64,000 nt of DNA from a virus: the IMG/VR virus record IMGVR_UViG_2930960728_000001; one strand, given 5' to 3'. The notes beneath the pieces are model-generated. The model searched no databases, was not told the origin of the DNA, and saw only the letters and a list, made by a program, of their open reading frames with translations. Both the position numbers and the translations under genes were made by a program. Positions 28,684 through 37,692 of the stretch are shown here, piece after piece. Every line of letters begins with the position of its first letter. Position 1 is the stretch's first letter.

Positions 28684-29817
28684 ATGAATAATTCGAGAAA
28701 GTTGAATAATTTCAAAGGTCATAAGCTCCGTTTTCTACGTAATCTAAGAGGCGAAACTCTTGAAAGTCTTGACAAAAAATCGAATGTAAGGTCTCAGAAA
28801 ATTTCCAGAATTGAGTTAAATGAATGTGTACCAAGTTTCGACGAAATAAGATCTCTTTCAAATGCTTTACAAGTTAGCCCTTTATTTTTGTTGAATGATG
28901 ATCAAGTACCGACTACTGGTGGTGCCATTTTTTATCGAAAGTTACAGCGGACCCCTAAAAAGGACTTCGAGCGGGCTGAATTAAAGACAAGAATTTTTGC
29001 ATTGTTGGATCAAAAATTGTCTGAAAAATTACACTTGTCTTACCAAGATTATATTAGTTTTGCAAATCACGATGAAATATTTAATATGTTAGATGATGAG
29101 TATATTGAAAATATGGCATTATGTGTTAGATCACAATTTAAATTAGGCGATGGTCCCATATCGAATATGACATTGCTGATAGAAAGATTGGGAATAAGGG
29201 TTCTATTTGCTGATTTTTCCAATGAACATATTGATGCACTAACTGTAAAAATTAATGACCATTTTTATATAGCTGTCAATTCTAAGAATATTTCAAGTGT
29301 CAGAATGCGTTTCAACTTGGCCCACGAATTAGGGCATGTTTTGCTACATTCGTATTATAGCGAACAAGAAGTAAAAAAGTCCTCTGTTAGAAAAGTCATT
29401 GAGGCTGAAGCCAATTATTTTGCAGGCGCATTATTGATGCCTGTCAAGGGGCTAGCGTTAGATATGATTGCAGTTAATATGTCCTATATTAAGAAGCTAA
29501 AGAAGCATTGGAAAGCTTCTATACAAGCAATTGTGTATCGTGGAGAACAAATAAATCTAATTACTAGTCAACAAGCGTTATTTCTTAGACAAACCATTGC
29601 CAGAAACTCTTGGAGAAAGAAAGAACCATATGACGATGAAATTCCGATAGAATACCCTTCTTTTTTAAAAAGTGCTCTACGATATAAGGGGGATAATCAA
29701 CTGCCGCAGAAGATACAAGAAGAAGTTGGAATACATGATGATTTTTTTGATGGGCTTAGTTTCTCTGACTTAAATTTAGGCAAGGGAAGTCTCATGTTAC
29801 TAAATAGCAGACGATGA
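28684..29817 (+). CDS. XRE-HTH plus ImmA/IrrE (M78) metallopeptidase, RmrA-like
   Basis: KLRFLRNLRGETL...ISRIELNE HTH; RMRFNLAHELGH (HEXXH); EAEANYFAGALLMP. Confidence 0.85.
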   Translation: MNNSRKLNNFKGHKLRFLRNLRGETLESLDKKSNVRSQKISRIELNECVPSFDEIRSLSNALQVSPLFLLNDDQVPTTGGAIFYRKLQRTPKKDFERAELKTRIFALLDQKLSEKLHLSYQDYISFANHDEIFNMLDDEYIENMALCVRSQFKLGDGPISNMTLLIERLGIRVLFADFSNEHIDALTVKINDHFYIAVNSKNISSVRMRFNLAHELGHVLLHSYYSEQEVKKSSVRKVIEAEANYFAGALLMPVKGLALDMIAVNMSYIKKLKKHWKASIQAIVYRGEQINLITSQQALFLRQTIARNSWRKKEPYDDEIPIEYPSFLKSALRYKGDNQLPQKIQEEVGIHDDFFDGLSFSDLNLGKGSLMLLNSRR

Positions 29818-30223
29818 TGTAACTCACTTTAATTGCCGAATTATCAGAATCCTGTGTTATTCAGTCCACTCATCTCTTAGGAGGTGGGTGGATTTTTTGT
29901 GTTGTCATTTTTTAATAAAAAGGCAAACTATTAACATCGCATGTGTGGTGTTTACAGTTTTCCATAAAAGGTGTAGTTCTGAATACACAGTCTAAAAACA
30001 CGATGCTATCAAAGATTTTGATACGAGCTGTTGTGAAAATTCCGTTTTCATTGTCTAACTGTTGTAGGGATTAAGAAAACCCGGTACAAGAGCCTAAAGT
30101 TGTAATTTTGATGAAAAAAAACAAAAGTAAGTAAAATATCAGTCAGGCCGCTCATCTCTACTGAGGTGAGCGGCCTTTTATGCCATTCATTTTTAATTTT
30201 GAAACTTATAATTTGCGAATTTT

Positions 30224-30430
30224 TTAATGCTGTTTTCTGATGAAGTTCATCCAGATGAGATCTCCAACGTACATAATTAGAAATAAGAAAATCCAAATTC
30301 CAATTGAAGTAGCCCGGTTCCCATTCGAATTAGTAATTCCTGAACCATCAATTTTTCTAAACCATAAAAAAATAACACCTATCAGAAAGACCACTGTTTC
30401 TAAGATAACTGTAAGTCTCCAAATTTTCAT
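30224..30430 (-). CDS. Small two-TM membrane protein
   Basis: 68 aa with two hydrophobic segments; GGGGTAG RBS-like sequence upstream. Confidence 0.55.
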   Translation of the reverse strand: MKIWRLTVILETVVFLIGVIFLWFRKIDGSGITNSNGNRATSIGIWIFLFLIMYVGDLIWMNFIRKQH

Positions 30431-30602
30431 TAGAAAACTACCCCTTCAAGACAATTTTTAAAAATAAATCACAGTGATTTTTATGATGATTTTATTAGGT
30501 TAACTATTATAGTACCCTTTTAACTGAGATTATATGATAATATAGTGGATATTTTCCAAAGCGAGATTAATTACACTATTGCTAAAAATAGGCGGTGGAA
30601 CG

Positions 30603-30980
30603 TTAAATAATTAGTTTTTCTATATCGTGCTTAATACTTTTTATTTCTGATTCCACAAAGGGGATCATGTTTTGATATGTTTTTTCCCCTAATAAGGTAG
30701 GTTTTAAAAAATGAATCCTATGATCTTTATTAGAAGTAACAGAGCTAATCAGGTCTTTCTTAAGCAAATCAGTAGTCTGCATTGAGACAAATGTTTTACC
30801 AATATCATATTTGGAGCAAAAATCTCTAGTAATAAAGGAGTCTTCAAAGTAAATCATTTCGTGTAACATCATAAATTGGATAATACTAATGGTGAAATTT
30901 TCGCTATCTATACGAGATATTCTATTGGTTATTTTTCTAAGTTTCCACGTCTCATCTAACAATTCATCAAAAGACAACAT
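30603..30980 (-). CDS. MarR family transcriptional regulator
   Basis: Winged-helix pattern VSMQTTDLLKKDLI...KDHRIHFLKPTLLG; GGAGG RBS. Confidence 0.72.
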   Translation of the reverse strand: MLSFDELLDETWKLRKITNRISRIDSENFTISIIQFMMLHEMIYFEDSFITRDFCSKYDIGKTFVSMQTTDLLKKDLISSVTSNKDHRIHFLKPTLLGEKTYQNMIPFVESEIKSIKHDIEKLII

Positions 30981-31338
30981 GAAGTCCCTCCAATAATGTG
31001 TTGAAATTTAATTTAATGATTAACAATTACAATAATAACACTAAAAACTATTTTTTTGAATAACTTTCGTGCAGCTTCATATAATGGAGACTTCACCAGC
31101 CACAGATGTTTTTTGAATTAATTGTAAGTCTGACGATCACTTTAAACAACAAAACCAGTGTAAGTGATGGTCAATTGAGTGTGCGCTCGAATCCGTTTGA
31201 TTAGCGATTCCAGATAGACAAGAGTGTCTGTTTTCACAGTATGTAGGGTGGGATGAGCTGCTACATATATTAAGTAAATTGAACGTGTTGGAGTAACAGT
31301 TGAAAGTTTTGTTAATTTGATAGTATATGTACATATTG

Positions 31339-32690
31339 GGTAGCGTCAAGAATCTTGTGTAAATGAAATGCCTTCGTACATATAATATGTATCTAACTTA
31401 AATAAATGATGCTTCCAAGGTGTCCTGGAGTCCTTTGAACCCTCGGTGGATCCGCTTCAGAGACTTCTCGTTATAAACATTAAACTGAGAAACCAGGAAG
31501 CGATCCAGTGAATCTTCCGTTGGAAATTGTTCTTTGTGGTGGGTGGTGCGCTTGAGATGCTTATTAAAGTTCTCAATCAGGTTAGTGGAGTATAGTGATT
31601 GCCGGATAGCTGGTGGAAAGTCCATGAAAGTGAGTAAATTCGGCATTTTAAGCAGATCTTTGATTAATTTGGGATAGGTCTGATGCCAGTTGTTGGCGAA
31701 CTCATTCAGTTTCAGTTTGGCTGCTTCAAGGTTGGCGGCCCGATGAACTTGTTTAAAGTCACTGATCACGGCCTTGCGGTCTTTTACGCGAACTTTGTTC
31801 ATCAGATTCCGCTCAACATGAACCAGGCAACGTTGTCGTTTGGCTTTAGGGAAATGCCGATTCAAGCCTTCATCCAAACCAACTAACCCATCGGCCACAA
31901 ACAACAGCACATCTTTAACGCCCTGCTTGATCAAGGTTCCCAGCAGTTCAGTCCAGATTCCAGTCGATTCCGTTGGCGCCACTTGGTAGTTCAGCACTTC
32001 TTTCGTACCATCTGGACGAATGCCAATCGCAATATGAACGGCTTCTTTTTGAACGGTATCCCGCTTTAACGGCAAGTAAGTGGCATCTAAGAAGATGGCC
32101 GCATATTGTGAAGCCAGTCGACGTTGCTGGAAAGCTTGAACCTGTTCATTGACGGCTTTAGTCATGTTGGAAACCGTGGCTTTGGAGTAGTGAGCACCGT
32201 ACATTTTCTCAATGAGTTCGGCAATTTCAGCAGTGGTAATTCCCTTGGTATACAACTGAATGACCGTTGTTTCTAAATTATCACTGTGCCGACCGTAGGC
32301 TGGCAAGGTATGATTTTCAAACCGGCCATTGCGATCTCGAGGAATGGTTAAGTTAAGTTGGCCGTACTTCGTATCAAACGAGCGCTCATAACTGCCGTTG
32401 CGGTTATTACCAGTGTTAATCCCAGCGTATGAGTAGCGTTCGTAACCCAAAAACTCTGCCAATTCGGTTTGAAGCAGCTGGTTAATCGCAATTTCGAGGT
32501 GGTGACGAAAAACTTCGTCCAAATCTTGCTTTTGGGCTAGTGCAGCGATAATTTCTGTGGTAAGTTCATTCATGGGGAATGCCTCCTGTGATGTTTTCTG
32601 TGGTTACTAAATATCATAAGGGAAGGCATTCCCTATTTCTATACAATTCAGAAATCTTTTATGCATTTACACAAGATATTTTACGCTCTC
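31339..32690 (-). mobile_element. IS256 family insertion sequence
   Basis: Imperfect 27-bp terminal IRs (ggtagcgtcaagaatcttgtgtaaatg / catttacacaagatattttacgctctc) and an 8-bp target duplication ACATATTG at 31331-31338 and 32691-32698. Confidence 0.93.
31398..32573 (-). CDS. IS256 family transposase
   Basis: RNGSYER, IPRDRNGRFE, FLDAT, VADGL, QRCLVH and STNLIENFN motifs. Confidence 0.95.
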   Translation of the reverse strand: MNELTTEIIAALAQKQDLDEVFRHHLEIAINQLLQTELAEFLGYERYSYAGINTGNNRNGSYERSFDTKYGQLNLTIPRDRNGRFENHTLPAYGRHSDNLETTVIQLYTKGITTAEIAELIEKMYGAHYSKATVSNMTKAVNEQVQAFQQRRLASQYAAIFLDATYLPLKRDTVQKEAVHIAIGIRPDGTKEVLNYQVAPTESTGIWTELLGTLIKQGVKDVLLFVADGLVGLDEGLNRHFPKAKRQRCLVHVERNLMNKVRVKDRKAVISDFKQVHRAANLEAAKLKLNEFANNWHQTYPKLIKDLLKMPNLLTFMDFPPAIRQSLYSTNLIENFNKHLKRTTHHKEQFPTEDSLDRFLVSQFNVYNEKSLKRIHRGFKGLQDTLEASFI

Positions 32691-32964
32691 ACATATTGGG
32701 CAACTGTTTAAAGTTAGCATCAATTTAATATATTTATCGGCACTGCCTCTTTATCTAGACCTGTTTTGCCGTAATTATTTAATCTCTGAATGTATTATCT
32801 GTGAACACTGTTTTAACAATGTCTAGAAACCAACCAGTTTTTAATAGAATCTTCTTGCCTTGAAATATCTTCTGCTGATGAAGATAAATGAATTTGTTTT
32901 AAGAAATTATTTTGTACTAAATATGATAAGCGTTAAAATTAAGCCTAATATGATTAGGGGCTAT

Positions 32965-34149
32965 ATGATGCTAGAAAAGATGGCATACAAGGAACTATTT
33001 AGTCATGCGTTTGATATTCCTATTTCAGTTACTTATTGGGATGGTTCAATCGCCACATACGGTGAGGGAACTCAAAATATTGCAATAACGTTTAAGAAAG
33101 AAATTTCGCTTAAATCAATGACATCTGAGCCAACTCTTGTGTTAGCAGAGGCTTATATGAATGGCGAAATTGAAATTGATGGCAGTATACAAGAATTAAT
33201 TACATCTGCTTTTCGAACCGACCATAGTTTTTTAACCAACAATCCCTTCTTGAAACATTTGCCAAGTATTTCTCACTCAGAAAAAAATAGCGAACGAGAT
33301 ATTCAGAAGCATTATGATATTGGGAATGAGTTTTATCGGTTATGGTTGGATAAAACCATGACTTACTCATGCGCTTATTTTGAACATGATAACGATACTC
33401 TCGAAGAAGCACAATTAAATAAGGACCGACACATTATTCATAAGTTGAACCCTGAATCTGGGAAACGGTTGTTGGATATTGGCAGTGGATGGGGCACTTT
33501 ACTATTTATGGCTGCTGAGGAATTTGGACTCAATGCGACGGGAGTAACCTTAAGTCAAGAGCAGTATGATTATACGCAGGAGCAAATTAAGGCTCGTCAC
33601 CTTGAAAGCAAGGTTTCTGTGTTACTTGAAGATTATCGTGAAGTGGATGATAAGTATGATTACGTTACTTCCGTTGGAATGTTTGAGCATGTGGGGAAAG
33701 AAAATTTAGGACTATACTTTAATAAAGTTAAAGACTTGTTGAAGCCTAATGGGCGAGCTTTAATTCATGGAATTACAGGTCAGCATGAAGGAGCCGGCGT
33801 TGACCCATTTTTGAATAAATACATCTTCCATGGTGGGTATATTCCCAATGTTGCCGAAAATTTACGGCACGTTATGGATTCAGGGTTACAATTGACAGAC
33901 CTAGAAACTTTACGTCGGCACTATCAAAGAACATTGGAAATTTGGTATAGCAATTACAATGGTGTTATTGATCAAGTAAGAGAAAAGTATGGAGTCCCAT
34001 TCTCTAGAATGTGGTCGCTATACCTCCAAGCTTGTGCAGGGGCATTTGAATCGGGAAACATTGATGTTATGCAATACTTACTTACAAATGCTCCAAGCGG
34101 AACTGGCCTACCAATGACACGTCAATATGTTTATCAGAACGAAGTATAG
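32965..34149 (+). CDS. cfa: Cyclopropane-fatty-acyl-phospholipid synthase
   Basis: HYDIGNEFY.LWLD..MTYSCAYF, LLDIGSGWG, SVGMFEHVG and RMWSLYL motifs; the usual IFPGG reads IFHGG here. Confidence 0.92.
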   Translation: MMLEKMAYKELFSHAFDIPISVTYWDGSIATYGEGTQNIAITFKKEISLKSMTSEPTLVLAEAYMNGEIEIDGSIQELITSAFRTDHSFLTNNPFLKHLPSISHSEKNSERDIQKHYDIGNEFYRLWLDKTMTYSCAYFEHDNDTLEEAQLNKDRHIIHKLNPESGKRLLDIGSGWGTLLFMAAEEFGLNATGVTLSQEQYDYTQEQIKARHLESKVSVLLEDYREVDDKYDYVTSVGMFEHVGKENLGLYFNKVKDLLKPNGRALIHGITGQHEGAGVDPFLNKYIFHGGYIPNVAENLRHVMDSGLQLTDLETLRRHYQRTLEIWYSNYNGVIDQVREKYGVPFSRMWSLYLQACAGAFESGNIDVMQYLLTNAPSGTGLPMTRQYVYQNEV

Positions 34150-34397
34150 TGAGATCGTCATTGGATAAATCAATGGTGGCGATCTGAAACTAATTGTTAA
34201 TGATTAAGTGTGGAGAGGATAGTTTCAGAATTCTAGGGTCAGATAGGATGCTATTTTTTAATAGCAAATTGCTTTTATTTATGATCATAAATGTTCTAGA
34301 GCACAGGGGGACAGCAAGTAAATAATTCTGAGCGGGGTTATTTGAGTGCTTAAATTCGATATATTAATCTTGAAACTATGTACTAAAATTAGAAAAA

Positions 34398-34630
34398 TGC
34401 TACAGAATTCCTACTACGGCTAGGGTGAAATGCCGGTTTATCAGTATTTTAAAAGAGTTTCCAGACCCCACCTCCGGTATATCAAGGAAATATATGTCTG
34501 TTTAAAAAGAGAAGAAACGTTGATATAACAACGTTCCTTCTCTTTTTTTGTTCTTATAAAATCATATTCATACATACTTATACAAGTTAGTGCTACAGAA
34601 GTGCTATTTTTTTAGAGTGCAATGCTACAT
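34398..34630. other. Putative attP region
   Basis: TGCTACAGAA direct repeats at 34398 and 34591 plus variants at 34601 and 34623 (arm-site-like); candidate core GACCCCACCTCCGGTAT at 34464-34480 resembles a tRNA 3' end; lies beside the integrase stop codon. Confidence 0.6.
34503..34549. terminator. Bidirectional terminator-like inverted repeat in the att region
   Basis: AAAAAGAGAAGAAACGTTG-ATATAA-CAACGTTCCTTCTCTTTTTT. Confidence 0.65.
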
Positions 34631-35824
34631 TTTTATCGATTTTGTAGCATCAATGTTAAAACTATCCCAGTCAACACTGCTACCGAGCTTCGTCATGACG
34701 CGCTCAGCCTTATCGTCCTCAGCCTGCTCTAGTTCTTGAATGATGTGTAGGTAGGTCTTTGTGGTCGTTGAGATACTCTCATGGCCTAATCGATGGCTGA
34801 TATAAGCGATTGAAGCCTTTTGGTACAGTAAAATTGAAGCATGCGTGTGTCGTAGACCGTGGAAGTTAAGTTTTTGATCTATACTAGCTGATTTTAGCAA
34901 TTCTGCTAAACCGTCATTTAGGGCCTTAGAAGAGGGAACCCGCTGGTAGCGAGAGAAGAATACTAAATCCTTAGAGTTCAATATCTCTTTGGATTTAAGA
35001 AATAGTTCTTGTTCATAATGTAACTTCTGCAAAATGTTGATTAAGTTACGGTCTACTTTTATCTTCCGTACGGAGTAAGGATTTTTTGTTGGTCCAAAGT
35101 CACGTTTCTTCCAGTTCCAGGATTTATTAATGTCTATGGTGCCACCTTTAACATCAATATCCTTCCATGTAAGCCCCGCAATTTCTTGTTGTCGCATACC
35201 AGTAAGCAGAGCGGTCAGGCACATGTAAGAAGTTACATCTAAGCCGTGAAGATTGCTCATAGTCACCTTATAGAGCTTAGCCGCGTCATTGTAACTAAGG
35301 TATTTAATTTCCCGTGTATTACTAGAGTCGTAGACTATGTGGGTATTTAGTGTGAAATCCCTTGGTATAACACCGTCATTTACCGCGTTACGTACGGCAG
35401 CATGAATATGGACGTTAATCTTGGCGGCTGATTCTTTAGAGTGTTTTTTTTCGTCTTTTCCATTGCCAAGGCCGTACCAATTAAGAAATTTCTGGTATTG
35501 AGCCGTGTCTATTTTCCGGAGTAGGGTGTTTCCAAAATACTTGGTGATCGTGTTGATCGTGTATTGGTACCTTTCGGCCGTCGCGTCAGCAATATTTGGT
35601 TTCCTGAATATTTTGAACCATTCCGTAAAGTAATCCAAAAATGTGATGTTGCGTTGAGCGATTTTTCCGCCGCTGTGAACTTGTTGTTCTAATTCGATGC
35701 CATATATTTCTGCTTCTTTCTTAGTTCTAAATCCACTTTTGGACTTATAATGGCGCTTGCCATCGGTGCCCTTAAAACTAACACGGGCGATCCATTTTCC
35801 ATTTCCTTTATATACTTCTGCCAT
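34625..35824 (-). CDS. int: Tyrosine integrase
   Basis: N-terminal arm-binding domain (KSGFRTKKEA); TGMRQQE, HGLRHTHAS, RLGH and TYLH catalytic motifs; GGAGG RBS before ATG 35824. Confidence 0.95.
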   Translation of the reverse strand: MAEVYKGNGKWIARVSFKGTDGKRHYKSKSGFRTKKEAEIYGIELEQQVHSGGKIAQRNITFLDYFTEWFKIFRKPNIADATAERYQYTINTITKYFGNTLLRKIDTAQYQKFLNWYGLGNGKDEKKHSKESAAKINVHIHAAVRNAVNDGVIPRDFTLNTHIVYDSSNTREIKYLSYNDAAKLYKVTMSNLHGLDVTSYMCLTALLTGMRQQEIAGLTWKDIDVKGGTIDINKSWNWKKRDFGPTKNPYSVRKIKVDRNLINILQKLHYEQELFLKSKEILNSKDLVFFSRYQRVPSSKALNDGLAELLKSASIDQKLNFHGLRHTHASILLYQKASIAYISHRLGHESISTTTKTYLHIIQELEQAEDDKAERVMTKLGSSVDWDSFNIDATKSIKM

Positions 35825-35866
35825 GGATATTCCTCCTAAATGGAAATTAGTTAACTTGATTTTTAC

Positions 35867-35878
35867 AAACATATGTTC
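35867..35878 (-). promoter_or_regulatory. LexA (Cheo) box-like site upstream of int
   Basis: GAAC-ATAT-GTTT on the minus strand, compared with the Firmicutes consensus GAAC-N4-GTTC. Confidence 0.6.
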
Positions 35879-35927
35879 TCTGAATGGCAAAAAAGAAAAT
35901 CCCGGATAGGGATCTCTTGTATTGCTA

Positions 35928-36001
35928 TGGACCTTGTTAGACTCGAACTTACGACCAAACGGTTATGAGCCGTATGCTCTAACCAACTGAGTTAAGGGTC
36001 C
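35928..36001 (-). tRNA. Degenerate tRNA-Ile2/Met (CAT), possibly pseudo
   Basis: Full cloverleaf GGACCCT...CT CAT AA...TTCGAGT...AAGGTCCA, but with one mismatch in each of the four stems. Confidence 0.7.
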
Positions 36002-36124
36002 AATGAGCCCTGCGAGATTTAGGCCTGCAGCTTTATAAGTTGTTTATTGTGAACTCATATAAGTATGATTCAGATGTTATACTTAATTTGATAGTTTTCC
36101 TTTAAAAATATTTCCTTGTTAAAT

Positions 36125-36222
36125 AAAAAGAGGAAACCCAAAAGTTATTTGGATTTCCTCGAGTCGCGCTCGACTCAATGATAATAAGACTATATTTGTA
36201 ATAGTCGGCGTGCAATTACGCC
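36125..36222 (-). ncRNA. Structured element (three hairpins plus terminator) downstream of the PemK/MazF-like gene
   Basis: Minus strand: GGCGT-aattgc-ACGCC, GACTAT-tacaaat-ATAGTC, GAGTCG-agcg-CGACTC, then GAGGAAATCC...GGGTTTCCTC-TTTTT. Confidence 0.5.
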
Positions 36223-36255
36223 CTAGAACAATCATATCTTATTAAACCGGAAAAT

Positions 36256-37137
36256 TCAAATTAAATTATTTAGTTTTTTCTTAATTGACTTGAGTGCTTT
36301 CTCTGTAACAAAAATATTCCCAGAGATATTCTGTTCGGAAAAACTTGTAATGCGTAATTTGCTAATCGTTGAAATGTTGGATACATCTGCATAAGAGTTA
36401 TTGCCATATTTCTTGGCTTTTTTAAGTAGTGCGGATGAAGCATTGATATGGGAAAGAATAATCTTTCTATAGAATTCCTGATATTTTACTTGTTTAATAT
36501 AATAAATGACTTTCTGTGCAGCTGCTCTTAACTCTTCATTTTCACTTCCTTTTAATAACTTTTGCATTTGCTCCATCTTTTTTTGACTTTCATCTAGAGA
36601 GGAAGGTTCAGTTGTCACGGGAGTAATTCCTTTGTCCTTAAGCTCTTGTTCAAGCCTGTCCCGAAGCGCAAATACTTTCTTTTGCAAGTTCTCAGAGTCA
36701 TTGTTAAATCGTTCAATTCGTTTTGAATTGTTATCAATCAGCTTTTTGGTAGTGCGTATTATCCCCGCCTGAAGTTCAGTTCCTAATTCGATATAGCTTT
36801 TACGGTTTCGTGAAGTTAATGGGACAACGATAAGGGTCTTTTTATGCTGGTTGTCTTTCGCTGATAATACGACAGCGAAATGTGGACCACTCATTTCTGA
36901 GCCAATTTTAATACCAAAGTCAACCATAACCACTGTTCCTGGACGATAGCTATGATAATACTTAGGGAGCGCATCGTCTAGTTCTTTGGAGAGCCAGTAT
37001 CCATATTGATCTATCCAAAAAGGGAGCGCGTTAACCTTAAATTGCTTGTCATCACTTTCATAATAAACATGATTAAAGTTCTTAAGATGAAGTTTCTTCT
37101 CTTCTTCTGTTAATATAACATGGAGTTTTTGGGTCAT
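36256..37137 (-). CDS. PemK/MazF-family protein with a coiled-coil insertion
   Basis: GTVVMVDFGIKIGSEMSGPHFAVVLS...LIVVPLTS N-half and YADVSNISTISKLRI C-half, split by about 120 aa of coiled coil. Confidence 0.8.
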   Translation of the reverse strand: MTQKLHVILTEEEKKLHLKNFNHVYYESDDKQFKVNALPFWIDQYGYWLSKELDDALPKYYHSYRPGTVVMVDFGIKIGSEMSGPHFAVVLSAKDNQHKKTLIVVPLTSRNRKSYIELGTELQAGIIRTTKKLIDNNSKRIERFNNDSENLQKKVFALRDRLEQELKDKGITPVTTEPSSLDESQKKMEQMQKLLKGSENEELRAAAQKVIYYIKQVKYQEFYRKIILSHINASSALLKKAKKYGNNSYADVSNISTISKLRITSFSEQNISGNIFVTEKALKSIKKKLNNLI

Positions 37138-37255
37138 TTATGCAGTACCTCCTTATATTTTAATAGCGCTTAAAGTCTAAAACGGACACAGGTCTATTAG
37201 ATTTTAATGCTTCTCCCCGGAATCGAACCGAGGGGAGTCACCAGACGGAAGCTGA

Positions 37256-37639
37256 TTATTTTTTATACATGGTCAGGGGACTGTTAGACTTTTTGAAATT
37301 GATGTTAAATGAAACTTTCATGTGTTTGTTGGAAACAAGTTTGATGTATCTATTTACACGATCCTTGGTGTAAAAGGGTTCATAACCATTAATTTTGTAG
37401 ATTTTATTACCTAAGTACTTGTATTTGGTGTTATTCAGATAATCTGGATCATTCGCACAGAAATGGTAATAGTTCTTGCCAATCTTAGCGCCACTGTGGA
37501 ATATCTTGTCATGAGGCACCTTCCATGTTCCACGCATCTTTTTTGGCATGCCTTTATGCCAAGTGGACGCTTGTGCTTCGGTTACCGTGAATCCAAAGAT
37601 AGATATTGCTGCTAAAATAGTGATAATTGTTTTCTTCAT
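37256..37639 (-). CDS. Secreted hypothetical protein
   Basis: Signal peptide MKKTIITILAAISIFGFTVTEAQA; Lys/Tyr-rich mature part. Confidence 0.7.
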   Translation of the reverse strand: MKKTIITILAAISIFGFTVTEAQASTWHKGMPKKMRGTWKVPHDKIFHSGAKIGKNYYHFCANDPDYLNNTKYKYLGNKIYKINGYEPFYTKDRVNRYIKLVSNKHMKVSFNINFKKSNSPLTMYKK

Positions 37640-37692
37640 CAGAAAGAAATCCTTTCACAAAATGTAGTTACGTGATTACTGTATATGCCCAG

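Noticed and set aside
30224-34149. marR-cfa block as host chromosomal flank
   Set aside because: It lies between the endolysin and an attP-like region with arm repeats on both sides, inside the repeating unit, so cargo is the simpler reading. Capture by an old imprecise excision is not excluded.
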